Shown: positions 1 to 10,571, counted from the stretch's first letter. The stretch is DNA of 32,000 bases from Demequinaceae bacterium (GCA_965250005.1 OZ252279.1:1200001-1232000); one strand, 5' to 3'. Notes: generated by a model from the sequence alone, not told the origin. Numbers and translations: made by a program.

Positions 1-111
1 GTCGAGGACTACGCTTCGCATCAGCGCACGGGTGCCTTCTGCTTAGTGGATGCGCATGACGGCAGAACGCTGGCGGCGGGCACCGCTCGAATCCACGACG
101 GCGCAAAGTAG
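1..111 (+). CDS. 3' end of an upstream gene (5'-truncated by the window edge); tail resembles the C-terminus of sulfate adenylyltransferase large subunit CysN
   Basis: Frame +1 is open from base 1 to TAG 109-111 and reads VEDYASHQRTGAFCLVDAHDGRTLAAGTARIHDGAK*. The pattern D-x-Y-x5-TG-x-F-x-L-[IV]-D-x5-T-[VL]-x-AG is what I recall from the C-terminal EF-Tu-like domain of CysN/CysNC. Only 36 aa are visible, so the call is tentative. It is absent from the ORF track because it has no start in the window. Confidence 0.45.
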   Translation, partial: VEDYASHQRTGAFCLVDAHDGRTLAAGTARIHDGAK

Positions 112-113
112 GC

Positions 114-917
114 GTGCCCGTGTCTTCTCCGGCGCTGTCCCTTCACGGCGTCGCACGCAAGCACCCCGGAGCGACCACTGCCGCGATCGCGGGTGTCGAC
201 CTCGACGTCGCCGACGGCGAGTTCGTATGCGTCGTCGGTCCCTCCGGCTCGGGAAAGTCCACTCTGATCGATCTGCTCGCTGGGCATGCGGAGCCAACGG
301 CGGGAAGAATCACTGCCGCCGGCGTGCAGCTCACGGGGCCCAGCCTCGACCGATCGGTGGTCTTTCAGGAGGCCGCGCTCTTCCCTTGGCTGAACGTCAT
401 GCAAAACGTAGCCTTCGGGCTCCAGTCCCGGGGAGTACCTCGCGCCGAGCGCGAGGCCGCAAGCCGGGAGTGGCTCGACCGAGTAGGGCTGGGACATGCC
501 GCGCACGCGCAGCCGCATGAGCTGTCGGGCGGCATGCGACAGCGGGCAGCGCTCGCGCGCGCCTTTGTCGTCAACCCTCGCATCCTGCTCATGGACGAAC
601 CGTTCTCTGCCCTTGACGCACCCACCCGCGACCGCCTCCACGTGGAACTTCAGAAACTATGGGCCGCGACGGGCGTGACGATCGTGTTTGTCACGCACAA
701 CGTCCGTGAGGCGGTCGCGCTCGGCGATCGCGTGGTGGTGCTCGGTCACGGTCACGTGCTCGGCGAGGTGGCGGTCGACTTCCCCCGCCCGCGAGTGGTC
801 GAGAGCCACGGCGTCATCAATACGTCCGGCAAGGTGCGCGACCTCCTTGACGAAGCCGATCGCATGGGAATCGCACGGGCTGGCGACCACGAAGGTGACG
901 GCTATGTCCAGATCTAG
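114..917 (+). CDS. ABC transporter ATP-binding protein, NitT/TauT (nitrate/sulfonate/taurine-type) family
   Basis: 267 aa. Walker A GPSGSGKST, ABC signature LSGGMRQR, Walker B LLMDEPFSALD, H-loop VTHN. GTG start at 114 lies 2 nt after the upstream TAG. Confidence 0.9.
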   Translation: MPVSSPALSLHGVARKHPGATTAAIAGVDLDVADGEFVCVVGPSGSGKSTLIDLLAGHAEPTAGRITAAGVQLTGPSLDRSVVFQEAALFPWLNVMQNVAFGLQSRGVPRAEREAASREWLDRVGLGHAAHAQPHELSGGMRQRAALARAFVVNPRILLMDEPFSALDAPTRDRLHVELQKLWAATGVTIVFVTHNVREAVALGDRVVVLGHGHVLGEVAVDFPRPRVVESHGVINTSGKVRDLLDEADRMGIARAGDHEGDGYVQI

Positions 918-1734
918 CGGCACGCAGCCGGCGGCTCGAATGCGCGCGCCCAACCCTCGCCGCTGGCGCCTCGCCGTCACCGAAGTCTGGCCCGCGCTCG
1001 CCGTGGGCGTCGCGCTAATCGCGGCGTGGTCTTGGGGCTCGCAAGCCGCCGATTCACTTCCCTCTCCCTTGGAGACGCTTGAGGCGCTAGGAGACATGGC
1101 CGGATCCGGCCAGTTATTCTTGATCGCCGCGAAGGTCTTCGCGTTCATGGCTGTCACGAGCGCGCTGAGCGCGGCCGTCGGCGTGCCGTGGGGGATCGCG
1201 TCCGGCTCGTGGCGCTGGCTCGACCGCGCGACCTCGCCCTACTTGTCCGCCATGCGCGCACTGCCTTCTGGCATGTGGATACCTGTGGCAGCGGTCTTGG
1301 TTGGTGGAAGCATCGGCGCGATGGGAGCCGTCGTCATCCTCGGTGCGCTACCGGCGATGGTGCTGGCAACCAAACAGGCCGTCGGTACGATCCCTCCGCT
1401 ACTTCTGCGCGCGGGCCGGACCTTCGGTGCCGGCAAACAAGACCTCATGCGCCGCGTGGTGCTGCCTGCTGCACTTCCTGGGATTGTCGATGGCGTCGAA
1501 CTCGGCTGGGCGATGGGGTTCCGCGCGCTCGTCGCCGGAGAGATTTTCTTCGGAGCAATAGGCGGCACCGGCATCGGCGCTGTCATTGCCGGGAGCCGCG
1601 AATCTGGCGACCTCGCCCCCATGCTCGCCACCATCGCTGTGATCCTCGCGGTCGGTATCGCGATGGACAGGTTGGTTTTTGGGGCAGTCCACCACCGCAT
1701 GCGAAGAAGCCGCGGGCTCGTCGATACCGTCTGA
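904..1734 (+). CDS. ABC transporter permease, NitT/TauT (SsuC/TauC-like) family
   Basis: Track ORF 688..1734 trimmed to ATG 904 (276 aa), which overlaps the ATPase stop (915-917) by 14 nt. Multi-span hydrophobic protein with an EAA-loop-like segment RAGRTFGAGKQDLMRRVVLPAALPGIVDG. The 5' extension to 688 lies inside the ATPase gene. Confidence 0.85.
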   Translation: MSRSSGTQPAARMRAPNPRRWRLAVTEVWPALAVGVALIAAWSWGSQAADSLPSPLETLEALGDMAGSGQLFLIAAKVFAFMAVTSALSAAVGVPWGIASGSWRWLDRATSPYLSAMRALPSGMWIPVAAVLVGGSIGAMGAVVILGALPAMVLATKQAVGTIPPLLLRAGRTFGAGKQDLMRRVVLPAALPGIVDGVELGWAMGFRALVAGEIFFGAIGGTGIGAVIAGSRESGDLAPMLATIAVILAVGIAMDRLVFGAVHHRMRRSRGLVDTV

Positions 1735-1804
1735 TCTAGACCCCCGTGCGGCCCGCGCGACCTCAACGGTGTGGTTCGGACGGGTGCGGTGAGATGATGG
1801 AAGT

Positions 1805-2773
1805 GTGAATCAACGCCTCGACCCCAAGGGCCTGGCGTTCGCGTTCGCCGCGTACGGGATCTGGGGCTTCTTCCCTGTCCTGATGGCCGAGTTGCGGCCG
1901 GCGGGCCCCATCGAGATTGCCGCGCACCGAGCGCTGTGGTCCCTCGCCGTTGCCGCGATCATCCTGCTCGCCTGGCGACGCTGGGGCGCCCTCTGGGCGG
2001 TCCTACGCAACCGGCGCGCCATGCTCGTGCTCGCAGTCGCAGCCGTCCTCATCGCCATCAACTGGGCCGTGATGCTGCACGCGATTCTCACGGATCACGT
2101 GTCGTCGGCGGCATTAGGCTACTACATCAACCCGCTGATAACCGTGGGCCTGGGAGTGTTTTTCCTGCGCGAGAATCTCCATGGCGCTCAAAAGATTGCG
2201 ATCGGGATCGGCGCCGTCGCCGTCGCCGTTATTGGCATCGGACTCGGAGGCATCCCGTGGGTCTCGCTCACGCTGGCGGTGAGTTTCGCTCTCTACTCGC
2301 TGGTCAAGACGCGCGTCGGTGCGAGCATCGACCCCGTGACAGGCTTCACCGTCGAGACCACTATTCTGGCGCCCTTCGCTCTGGGCGTGGTGTGGTTCAT
2401 CGCGTCGAGCGGCCAGGCAACCTGGGGCGCTGAGGGAGTTGGCCACGACCTCTGGCTTGCAAGCACCGGAATCTGGACCGCGGGCGCGCTGATAATCTTT
2501 GCTGCGGGCGCCGCGCGGTTGCCGCTGAGCATCACGGGACTCATTCAGTACCTCGCACCCACGATCAACTTCATACTCGCCATCGTCTATTTCCACGAGC
2601 CAATGCCTCCCGAGCGGTGGGCTGGCTTCGCCCTGGTTTGGGTTGCGCTGGCGGTGATCTCAGTGGACAGCTGGAAGCGCTCCGCTGGTAGAGCCGACCG
2701 GCGCGCGCGGCGCGTCTCTGGCCCGCGGGCCTCCGAGCCGGCTCAAGTGGTCAAACCCACCGAACCGATCTAA
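1805..2773 (+). CDS. rarD: RarD protein (EamA/DMT-superfamily permease)
   Basis: 322 aa, about 10 hydrophobic spans. The N-terminus AFAAYGIWGFFPV...EIAAHRALWS matches the RarD signature I remember from E. coli RarD (AAYFIWGIAP...EILTHRVIWS). GTG start. Confidence 0.8.
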   Translation: MNQRLDPKGLAFAFAAYGIWGFFPVLMAELRPAGPIEIAAHRALWSLAVAAIILLAWRRWGALWAVLRNRRAMLVLAVAAVLIAINWAVMLHAILTDHVSSAALGYYINPLITVGLGVFFLRENLHGAQKIAIGIGAVAVAVIGIGLGGIPWVSLTLAVSFALYSLVKTRVGASIDPVTGFTVETTILAPFALGVVWFIASSGQATWGAEGVGHDLWLASTGIWTAGALIIFAAGAARLPLSITGLIQYLAPTINFILAIVYFHEPMPPERWAGFALVWVALAVISVDSWKRSAGRADRRARRVSGPRASEPAQVVKPTEPI

Positions 2774-2912
2774 GAGTAGGACGCCCGACAGAACGACGGC
2801 AACCACAAGACCGTCGTGCCTCCGGCGGCCAATGGCCTGAGCCACAGTCGCTTCAACCCGCAGGTCACGAGCCAGGTGCGCCGTAACGCACTGCGCTCGC
2901 CCCCTCCCGGGC

Positions 2913-3905
2913 CTAGGCGCCGCGCGCCACCATGGCATTCGCGAACGATTCAAACGCTACCTTGACGTCGCCGTCGGGCAGGCCGGCGACGGCTCCCGTG
3001 GCCCGGTCCGTCCACTCCCGGGCGCGCTCCGCCGTCTGGTCGAGCACCGGGTGCTCGGCAAGTTCTGCGACGACCGCCTCTAGGGCCGCGTCGGTGCTGA
3101 GATCCCCATCGATCTTCGCCAGCAGTGCGACATCCGCCGGGTCCGCTGTGTCAGCCACGCGCTCACGAAGCAGGAGGACGGGCATAGTCGCCACGCCTTC
3201 GCGAAGGTCCGTTCCCGGCGTCTTCCCCGTCGTTTTGGCGCTCGAACGAATATCGATCACGTCATCCGCGAGCTGGAAAGCAACGCCTGCGAACTCGCCG
3301 AAGCTCGAGACCTGCTTAACGATCGCGGGCGCGCAGCCAGCAAACATCGCACCGAAGCGCGCCGACGTCGCAATGAGCGATCCAGTCTTGTCAGCGAGCA
3401 CTTGAATGTAGTGCGCGATCGCGTCCTCGCCCTCGGCGGGTCCCACTGTTTCGTGGAGCTGGCCAAGGCACAGGCGCTCGAACGTCTCAGCTTGGATGCG
3501 GACTGCCTCAGGCCCGAGGCCGGCAACGACGCGCGACGCGCGTGCGAAGAGCAGGTCGCCGGTGAGTATTGCTACCGAGTTGCCCCACACCTCATGGGCT
3601 GCGGGTGCCCCACGGCGCATCGGCGCCGAATCCATGACGTCGTCATGGTACAGCGTTGCGAGGTGAGTGAGCTCGCACACCACCGCGGCGTCCAAAACCT
3701 CGGGGCGCGCGCCATCGCCCAGTTGGGCGGCCAGCAGCGCGAGGACGGGACGAAGCCGCTTTCCCCCGGCGTTAACCAGGTGGCGACTGGTCGTGTCGGC
3801 AAGCGCGTCCGTCTGCGCTACCGCGTCGCGCAGGCGCTCCTCGACCAGCGCGAGGCGCGGCTCGAGCAGAGACTCGAGCGCGGCGTTAGCGAGGGGAAGC
3901 GTCAC
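2913..3905 (-). CDS. long-chain trans-polyprenyl diphosphate synthase (menaquinone side-chain synthase; GrcC1/HepT/IspB-like)
   Basis: Track ORF 2913..4280 trimmed to GTG 3905 (330 aa), which overlaps the nuoN TGA as GTGA. Contains GKRLRP, the first Asp-rich motif LYHDDVMD and the second Asp-rich motif FQLADDVID. The longer 5' extension is Arg/Gly-rich and lies inside nuoN. Confidence 0.9.
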   Translation of the reverse strand: MTLPLANAALESLLEPRLALVEERLRDAVAQTDALADTTSRHLVNAGGKRLRPVLALLAAQLGDGARPEVLDAAVVCELTHLATLYHDDVMDSAPMRRGAPAAHEVWGNSVAILTGDLLFARASRVVAGLGPEAVRIQAETFERLCLGQLHETVGPAEGEDAIAHYIQVLADKTGSLIATSARFGAMFAGCAPAIVKQVSSFGEFAGVAFQLADDVIDIRSSAKTTGKTPGTDLREGVATMPVLLLRERVADTADPADVALLAKIDGDLSTDAALEAVVAELAEHPVLDQTAERAREWTDRATGAVAGLPDGDVKVAFESFANAMVARGA

Positions 3906-5467
3906 GGAACAAGGATGGCGGCATCGGCGAGAATTGTCAGCACCCCCGAGGGGATCACACCAAGAAGGACGGTTGCGGCTGCCGCGATCGCGATGACAAC
4001 GCTCGGCCCGCGCGCCGTAGTGACGGTGATGTCGCCCTCCATGCCCTCGGGCACCGGAGTGAGGAACATCAGCACGATGACGCGAACGTAGAAGAATGCA
4101 GCCGCGGCCGACGCCAGCACGGCGACGAGCACAAGCGGCCACGCCCCGGCAGCCATCGCAGCCTGGAATACGACGAATTTGCCCACGAACCCGGCCGTGA
4201 TCGGGATGCCCGCGAATGACAGCAGAAATAGCGCCATCGCAGCCCCGAGCAACGGAGACCGACGGCCCAGGCCAGCCCACTGGCCGAGCCTGGTCGCTTC
4301 CGCTCCCAGTGCGCCGTCTTTCTGGGTCTCGCGAACCTGGCTCACGACGGCAAACGCGCCCATCGTGGCAAGCCCGTACACGAGCATGTAGAACGGCAAT
4401 GCCGACAGGGCCTCGTTCTCGAATGACGTGATAGCTATGAGCAGGAAGCCAGCGTGCGCGATCGACGAATATGCGAGCATGCGCTTCATGTCGGTCTGAA
4501 CCATGGCGACGACGGTGCCAAGCACCATGGTCACGATGGCGACCGTCCAGAGCACCGGCGCAAGTTCAGCCTCGAGCGGGTACTCCGCGACGTAGAGGAA
4601 GCGGACCAGGGCTGCGACAGCGGCGGCCTTGGTCGCGGCCGCCATGAACGCCGTCACGGGAGTCGGCGCGCCCTGGTAGGCATCTGGCGTCCACGCGTGG
4701 AATGGGACCGCTCCCAGTTTGAAGAGAAGTCCGACGATCACCAGGATCGAGCCCGCGATCAGGAACGCCTCGCCGTCGCGGCCAAGCGTGAGCGCCCTGT
4801 AGATGCCATCGAACGCCGTGGTGCCTGCGAACCCGTAGAGCAGCGCGGCGCCAAATATGTAGATCGCCGAGGAGAACGCGCCCATCAAGAAGTACTTAAG
4901 CGCCGCTTCTTGCGAGAGCAACCGCCTGCGACGGGCGAGGCCAACCATGATGTACAGCGGCAGCGAGAATACCTCGAGGACAACGAACAACGCCACGGTG
5001 TCCGACACCATGGTGAAGAGCATCATGCCGCCGGTCGCAAACAGGGCAAGCGGGAACACCTCTGTTTGGATAAATCCGCGACGAGACGCGATCGCCTCTT
5101 CCTCAGACCCGGGTGCCGCTGCCGCGAGTGGCGTGAACGCGTCTTCGCCGTTCGTGCGGGACGCGAATAGCATCGCGGCGAGCGCGCCGAAGATCGCAAT
5201 CATCACCTGCCAGGCGAGCGCCTGGCGGTCGCTGACGATCATGTTGCCGATCACGTGGACGCCCGCTCCGTCGAGCAGCGCCCACTGAACGATGGCCGTG
5301 CAGGCCGCGGCGATGGTCGCAATCTGCATGGAGGTGGCTTGAATAGTCCGGCGCAATTCGTGGGAGCGGACAAATGCCTCCACCAGGATGCCGAGCACGC
5401 CGGCGCCGAGCACAATCAGCACGGGGGCGAGAGCCACCCAGTCGATTTCCGGTGTCACAAAGATCAC
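3902..5467 (-). CDS. nuoN: NADH-quinone oxidoreductase subunit N
   Basis: 521 aa polytopic antiporter-like subunit with motif KLGAVPFHAWTPDAYQGAPTPVTAFMA. Position is last in the nuo order. GTG 5467 overlaps the nuoM TGA (GTGA). Confidence 0.95.
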   Translation of the reverse strand: MIFVTPEIDWVALAPVLIVLGAGVLGILVEAFVRSHELRRTIQATSMQIATIAAACTAIVQWALLDGAGVHVIGNMIVSDRQALAWQVMIAIFGALAAMLFASRTNGEDAFTPLAAAAPGSEEEAIASRRGFIQTEVFPLALFATGGMMLFTMVSDTVALFVVLEVFSLPLYIMVGLARRRRLLSQEAALKYFLMGAFSSAIYIFGAALLYGFAGTTAFDGIYRALTLGRDGEAFLIAGSILVIVGLLFKLGAVPFHAWTPDAYQGAPTPVTAFMAAATKAAAVAALVRFLYVAEYPLEAELAPVLWTVAIVTMVLGTVVAMVQTDMKRMLAYSSIAHAGFLLIAITSFENEALSALPFYMLVYGLATMGAFAVVSQVRETQKDGALGAEATRLGQWAGLGRRSPLLGAAMALFLLSFAGIPITAGFVGKFVVFQAAMAAGAWPLVLVAVLASAAAAFFYVRVIVLMFLTPVPEGMEGDITVTTARGPSVVIAIAAAATVLLGVIPSGVLTILADAAILVP

Positions 5468-6951
5468 TTGGACACCTCCGCTACGTGGCTGAGCGAGTTC
5501 TCGGTGGGCACCTGCAAGACGTCAATCGCGAGTCCAGGCAGGAATCCGAGCACCAGCATGAGCGTGATGAGTGGCGCGATGACCCAGCGCTCGCGCGAGG
5601 ATAGCTCCTTGAGCTTCTCGAGACCCTCACGGGTTGGGCCAGCAAACACGCGCTGGTAGGTCAAGAGTATGTAGACCGCAGCGAGCACCACGCCGAGCGT
5701 GGAGACAATGACCGCGGCTCGGGCTACCTCGAACGCGCCCACTAGCACCATGATCTCAGAGATGAATGGGGACAGGCCCGGAAGCGCGAGTGCCGAGAGG
5801 CCCACCACCAAGAACATTCCGGCGAATACGGGGGCGACTTTCTGCAGGCCGCCGTAATCACTCACGTTCGCGCTACCCGTGCGCGCTATCAGGAATCCGA
5901 CCAGCAGGAAGAGCGCGCCGGTGGAGAGGCCGTGGTTAAACATGTAGAGCGACGCGCCTTCGACAGCGGTCTGCTGAAGCGCGAAGATGCCAAGCACCAT
6001 GATCCCAAAGTGCGAGACCGACGTGTACGACACCAGGCGCAGCATGTCCTTCTGCCCGATCGCGAGCATCGCGCCGTAAATCACGGACAGCGCGGCAATC
6101 GGAATGATCACAGGAGCGGCCCACATGGACGCCGCAGGAAACAACGCGATACAGAGAGTTAACATGCCAAACGTGCCGACCTTGTCCAGCACCGCGACCA
6201 AGAGTGCCGTGGTTCCTGGCCGCGCGGTCTGGGCGACCGTGGGCAGCCAAGTATGGACCGGCACCATGGGAGCCTTGATGGCGAACGCAAGGAAGAAGCC
6301 CAGGAACATGAGGCGCTCGGCGGTGACGCCGAGTTCGAGTCCCGTAAGGTTGTCCGTGAGGAATGCCTGCTCACCGCCAGGGCCGGCAAAGTAGAGCGCC
6401 ACGACCGCGACGAGCATGACGAGGCCGCCGAACAGTGAGAACAGCAAGAACTTGACCGCGGCGTAGCGGCGTTGTTCACCGCCGAAGAGCCCGATCATGA
6501 AATACAGAGGGATGAGCATCGCCTCGAAGAGCACGTAGAAGAGGAATACGTCGCGCGCGGCGAAGATGCCCACCATGAAGGTCAACGTCAGCAGGACTAG
6601 CGAGAAGTACTTGGCCTGCTGGTCGGGGTCGGTGTCTTCCTTCCATCCAGCCAACATCACGAGCGGCGTCAAGATTACGGCGAGCAGCAGGAGCATCAGT
6701 CCCAGCCCGTTGACTCCTAGCGCCCAACTAGCACCAATCTGCGGGATCCACCCGTAGATCTCAGCGAACTGGAACGCACCAGCATCGTCCCGTGCAAACT
6801 GCAGCGCCATGACAGCCGCAATCGCCAGCTCGAGGCCAGCCACGCCGAGCGCAATACGGCGCGCGCGCCCACGTGCTCCGGCTGGAAGCAAGCGCAGAGC
6901 GAGGGCGCCGGTGGCGGGCAGCGCCACCAGCACGGTCAGGTACGGGAACAT
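5464..6951 (-). CDS. nuoM: NADH-quinone oxidoreductase subunit M
   Basis: 495 aa with motif KAPMVPVHTWLPTVAQTARPGTTALLVAVLDKVGTFG. The ATG at 6951 directly abuts the nuoL stop (6952-6954). Confidence 0.95.
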   Translation of the reverse strand: MFPYLTVLVALPATGALALRLLPAGARGRARRIALGVAGLELAIAAVMALQFARDDAGAFQFAEIYGWIPQIGASWALGVNGLGLMLLLLAVILTPLVMLAGWKEDTDPDQQAKYFSLVLLTLTFMVGIFAARDVFLFYVLFEAMLIPLYFMIGLFGGEQRRYAAVKFLLFSLFGGLVMLVAVVALYFAGPGGEQAFLTDNLTGLELGVTAERLMFLGFFLAFAIKAPMVPVHTWLPTVAQTARPGTTALLVAVLDKVGTFGMLTLCIALFPAASMWAAPVIIPIAALSVIYGAMLAIGQKDMLRLVSYTSVSHFGIMVLGIFALQQTAVEGASLYMFNHGLSTGALFLLVGFLIARTGSANVSDYGGLQKVAPVFAGMFLVVGLSALALPGLSPFISEIMVLVGAFEVARAAVIVSTLGVVLAAVYILLTYQRVFAGPTREGLEKLKELSSRERWVIAPLITLMLVLGFLPGLAIDVLQVPTENSLSHVAEVSK

Positions 6952-8832
6952 CTAGAGCGCTCCGATCAGTGCGATGGCAAGTATCACGACGACTCCGACC
7001 AGTACCGACGCCGCGTACGAGCGAACCTTGCCGGTCTGGAGCCGGCGCAGCGACTCTCCCAGGCGGGTGACGCCCGCCGCGGTCGCATTGACGCCGCCAT
7101 CCACAACCGTGGCATCCGCGTAGACAAGCGTGCGGACGGCGTACTGACCAGGGCGCTGGTAGAGGCCCTCGTTGATGGCGTCCTGGAAGAGATCGTTGCG
7201 GGCAACGACCGTCAGGAGCGAGCCGCGCGGCGCCTCGGTCGGCACCAAGCGACGCACATATTGGAGCCACGCGAGCGCGACGCCGAGGAGCACAAGGGTG
7301 AGCGTGAGTCCAATGATCACAGAGACCGCTAGAACAGGTTCGTGATGCTCGGCGTGCCCGGTCACGGGTTCGAGCCACGTAGCGAACGAGTCCCCAACGG
7401 CGAGCAACAATCCGAGGACCGCTGAGCCGACCGCGAGCACGATCATCGGCACAGTCATGAGCCGGGGCGATTCGTGCGGGTGCTGATCGTCCGTCCATCG
7501 CTGTTTGCCGTAGAACGTCATGAAGAACAGGCGGGACATGTAGTACGCCGTAATTCCAGCGCCCAAGAGAGCGGCGCCACCCAGGAGCCACGGCTGCGCG
7601 CCATCGCCAACGAACGCCGCCTCGATGATCTTGTCCTTGGACCAGAAGCCCGAGAACGGCGGGATGCCAAGGATGGCGAGCCAGCCCAACCCGAAGGTCA
7701 CCCAGGTGACCTTCATGAGTCCGGAGAGGCCACCGAACCGGCGCATATTGACCTGGTTGTCCATGCCGTGCATGACGGAGCCGGCGCCGAGGAACATCCC
7801 GGCCTTGAAGAAGCCGTGGGTCACGAGGTGGAAGATGGCGAACGCGTATCCGGCCGGGCCGAGGCCTGCGGCGAGCATCATGTAGCCGATCTGGGACATC
7901 GTGGACGCGGCCAGCGTCTTCTTGATGTCGTCTTTCGCTGTACCAATGATCGCCCCCATGAGGAGCGTGATCGCGCCAACGATGGCGACGACCAGAAGGG
8001 CAGTTGGCGCACCGTTGAAGATCGGGGCCGAGCGGACGATGAGGTACACGCCCGCAGTCACCATGGTCGCGGCGTGAATGAGCGCGGATACCGGCGTGGG
8101 TCCGGCCATCGCGTCACCCAACCAGGACTGCAGCGGGAACTGCGCGGACTTGCCAGTCGCGGCGAGCAGCAGCATCAGCCCGATGGCCGTAAGAGTTCCC
8201 TCGGACAGGCCGGGAGCCGCGTCGAAGACCGTCGAGAAGTCCACTGCGCCAATAGCTGCGAACATGAGGCCAAGCGCAACGATCAAACCAATGTCGCCAA
8301 TGCGGTTCACGATGAACGCCTTCTTGGCGGCCACCGCATACTCCTGGTTGTGGTTCCAGAATCCGATCAGCAAGTACGAGGCCAGGCCAACACCCTCCCA
8401 GCCAACAAAAAGCAGCAGGAACGAGTCCGCAAGAACCAGCAGCAGCATAGCCGCCACAAACAGATTGAGGTACGCGAAGAAGCGGACCCGGCTGGGGTCG
8501 CCCTCCATGTAAGCCACGGAGTAGACGTGGATGAGCGTTCCCACGAAGCTGACGAGGAGCACGAACGTAAGTGAGAGCGGGTCCACGAGGAACGCGGCCT
8601 CGACCGAAAGCTCGCCGCCTGTGATCCAGTCAAAGAGGTGCACCGTTGCCGAACGGTCGTGCGAGTCGCGCGACAGCAGATCTATGAACGCGCCGAGGCC
8701 CACGACGAACGTCGAGCCCGACGCGGCGACTCCCAGCCAATGCCCCCACGCTTGGGCGCGGGAACCGGCGAGCATGAGCACCGTCGCACTCGTAAGCGGA
8801 ACGGCGACCAGGAGCCAGGTCAGTGACAGCAT
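6952..8832 (-). CDS. nuoL: NADH-quinone oxidoreductase subunit L
   Basis: 626 aa with [15 protein letters not shown] and the [21 protein letters not shown] antiporter-like core. The ATG at 8832 is 2 nt after the nuoK stop. Confidence 0.95.
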   Translation of the reverse strand: MLSLTWLLVAVPLTSATVLMLAGSRAQAWGHWLGVAASGSTFVVGLGAFIDLLSRDSHDRSATVHLFDWITGGELSVEAAFLVDPLSLTFVLLVSFVGTLIHVYSVAYMEGDPSRVRFFAYLNLFVAAMLLLVLADSFLLLFVGWEGVGLASYLLIGFWNHNQEYAVAAKKAFIVNRIGDIGLIVALGLMFAAIGAVDFSTVFDAAPGLSEGTLTAIGLMLLLAATGKSAQFPLQSWLGDAMAGPTPVSALIHAATMVTAGVYLIVRSAPIFNGAPTALLVVAIVGAITLLMGAIIGTAKDDIKKTLAASTMSQIGYMMLAAGLGPAGYAFAIFHLVTHGFFKAGMFLGAGSVMHGMDNQVNMRRFGGLSGLMKVTWVTFGLGWLAILGIPPFSGFWSKDKIIEAAFVGDGAQPWLLGGAALLGAGITAYYMSRLFFMTFYGKQRWTDDQHPHESPRLMTVPMIVLAVGSAVLGLLLAVGDSFATWLEPVTGHAEHHEPVLAVSVIIGLTLTLVLLGVALAWLQYVRRLVPTEAPRGSLLTVVARNDLFQDAINEGLYQRPGQYAVRTLVYADATVVDGGVNATAAGVTRLGESLRRLQTGKVRSYAASVLVGVVVILAIALIGAL

Positions 8833-8834
8833 TC

Positions 8835-9152
8835 TCAGCCCTTCAACTCTGCGGGCTCGTCTAGCGAGACAGTTTGACGCGCCCGGAAAACGGCGATGAT
8901 GATAGCCAAGCCCACAACGACCTCAGCGGCGGCAACGACCATCACCAAGAAGGCCATGACCTGGCCGTGCGGATCGGGGCTGCCGCCGGGAAACGCCGCC
9001 GCGCGTGAGAACGTCACCAGCACCAAGTTCGCCGCGTTGAGCATGAGCTCGACACCCATGAAAGCGACGATGGCGTTGCGTCGGACGAGCACCGTCACGG
9101 CGCCGATGACGAAGAGGATTGTGGCGAGATAGATGTAGTTCATGGGGTTCAT
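8835..9152 (-). CDS. nuoK: NADH-quinone oxidoreductase subunit K
   Basis: Track ORF 8835..9182 trimmed to ATG 9152 (105 aa), overlapping the nuoJ TGA as ATGA. Three TM helices, with LNAANL and [11 protein letters not shown] motifs. ATG 9143 is an alternative start. Confidence 0.9.
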   Translation of the reverse strand: MNPMNYIYLATILFVIGAVTVLVRRNAIVAFMGVELMLNAANLVLVTFSRAAAFPGGSPDPHGQVMAFLVMVVAAAEVVVGLAIIIAVFRARQTVSLDEPAELKG

Positions 9153-9901
9153 TCGCCATCCTCCTTTTCGCTCGCGAGCCACCGCTTGCCATCGCTGGAC
9201 TGGTTGCGCGCCTTCAGCACGCGCGAGACAGATTCCTCGATCGGTTTACCCTCGGGGTCGAGCGCCGGGATGTCCAGCGCGTTGTGGCGCGCGTAGACGC
9301 CGGGCATCATCTTGTTGACGGGATTGGCCTTGGCAAGCAGGCGCTGCTCGGCGACTTCCAGCTGGGTGCGGCGCGCGCGCAGACGCGGCAAGTGCGTCAA
9401 CACCAGGGCGCCGACGGCGGCGGTGATCAGCAAGATGCCGAGCACCTCCATGATCACCACGTAGCGGCCGAAGATGGAATTCGCGACTGCCTCCGGGTTA
9501 GTGACAGACGGATTCTGACGAAGATCGTTGAACTCAACGGCGACGCGGCTAAACGCGGTGATCAGCAGCGCGGCAAGGCCAAGCCCTCCAAGGAGGGCGA
9601 TCCAGCGCTGCCCACGCAGCGTCTCCTTCATGTCCTCCCGCTGGTCCACGCCCACGAGCATCAGGACAAAGAGGAACAGCATCATCACGGCGCCGGTGTA
9701 CACGACGATCTGCACCACGCCCAGGAACGGGGCGGCGAGCTGGATGTACAGGATAGCGAGGCTAACCATCACGAGCACGACGGCCATGGCTACGTGCACG
9801 GCCTTGCGTGCGAACAGCAGCCCGAGGGCAGCACCGACCATGGTCACAGCGAGGATCCAAAAGAGGACCTCACCGCCCATCACTGCTTGCTCTTCACCCA
9901 T
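9149..9901 (-). CDS. nuoJ: NADH-quinone oxidoreductase subunit J
   Basis: 250 aa with [19 protein letters not shown] and a long hydrophilic C-terminal tail, as in other actinobacterial NuoJ. The start overlaps the nuoI 3' end by 8 nt. Confidence 0.9.
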   Translation of the reverse strand: MGEEQAVMGGEVLFWILAVTMVGAALGLLFARKAVHVAMAVVLVMVSLAILYIQLAAPFLGVVQIVVYTGAVMMLFLFVLMLVGVDQREDMKETLRGQRWIALLGGLGLAALLITAFSRVAVEFNDLRQNPSVTNPEAVANSIFGRYVVIMEVLGILLITAAVGALVLTHLPRLRARRTQLEVAEQRLLAKANPVNKMMPGVYARHNALDIPALDPEGKPIEESVSRVLKARNQSSDGKRWLASEKEDGE

Positions 9902-10571
9902 GGCTCACCTCCACGTTCTCGGGCAGAGTGCCGTCGGTAGGACGTTCCGCGCGGACCCACTCGATCTGGTCTTCGACCGCACCAGTGACATCGCCCCGAT
10001 AGTAGTCACCGTCGGTGGTGCCAGGAACCATTGGGTGGGGAGCTGCGAGCATGCCGTCCTGCATCGGGGCCAGAAGGTCCTGTTTCTCGTAGATCATGTC
10101 TTCGCGCGTGGAACCGGCAAGTTCGTACTCGTTCGTCATGGTCAGCGCGCGCGTGGGGCACGCCTCAATGCACAGCCCGCAGAAGATGCAGCGCAGGTAG
10201 TTTATTTGGTAGACGCGGCCGTACCGCTCGCCGGGCGAGAACTGCGAGTCCTCGGTGTTCGAGTCGCCCTCGACGTAGATGGCGTCCGCCGGGCACGCCC
10301 AAGCGCACAACTCGCAGCCGATGCACTTCTCGAGCCCGTCGGGGTGGCGATTGAGTTGATGGCGGCCGTGATAGCGAGGCGCCGGTGGAACCTTCTCCCG
10401 CGGGTACTGCTCGGTCACCGACGGGCGAAAAAAGTTCCGCATGGTCACGCCGAATCCGGCCACAGGAGCGAGCATCTCGCCCACCGCTCCCTTGCGGGGC
10501 AGGTTCGATACGAATTCCTCGGGTGGAGCCGACTTGCGATTGGCGGCCCAGACATCGTCTTCCTTAGTCAT
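9894..10571 (-). CDS. nuoI: NADH-quinone oxidoreductase subunit I (2x[4Fe-4S] ferredoxin-type)
   Basis: Track ORF 9894..10727 trimmed to ATG 10571 (225 aa), preceded by GAAGGGAG and overlapping the nuoH stop by 8 nt. Two CxxCxxCxxxCP motifs: [12 protein letters not shown] and [12 protein letters not shown]. Confidence 0.9.
   Translation of the reverse strand: MTKEDDVWAANRKSAPPEEFVSNLPRKGAVGEMLAPVAGFGVTMRNFFRPSVTEQYPREKVPPAPRYHGRHQLNRHPDGLEKCIGCELCAWACPADAIYVEGDSNTEDSQFSPGERYGRVYQINYLRCIFCGLCIEACPTRALTMTNEYELAGSTREDMIYEKQDLLAPMQDGMLAAPHPMVPGTTDGDYYRGDVTGAVEDQIEWVRAERPTDGTLPENVEVSHG

Noticed and set aside
2774-2912. Possible terminators in the 139-bp convergent gap between rarD and the polyprenyl synthase: ACGACGG/CCGTCGT at 2793-2817 with an 11-nt loop, and a bulged stem at 2873-2893
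   Set aside because: The stems are short (5-7 bp), one is bulged, and there is no U-tract. They are not distinguishable from background in GC-rich DNA. I also checked this gap for a tRNA-like T-loop and found none.
3906-4280. 5' extension of the polyprenyl synthase ORF (455-aa version). Similar extensions occur at 10572-10727 (nuoI), 19396-19482 (nuoA), 22925-23182 (PDZ), 26090-26311 (menD), 9153-9182 (nuoK) and 688-903 (permease)
   Set aside because: The extensions run through upstream genes or gaps and are Arg/Gly/Cys-rich, unlike the mature proteins. Internal starts give canonical N-termini, SD sequences or ATGA/GTGA coupling.
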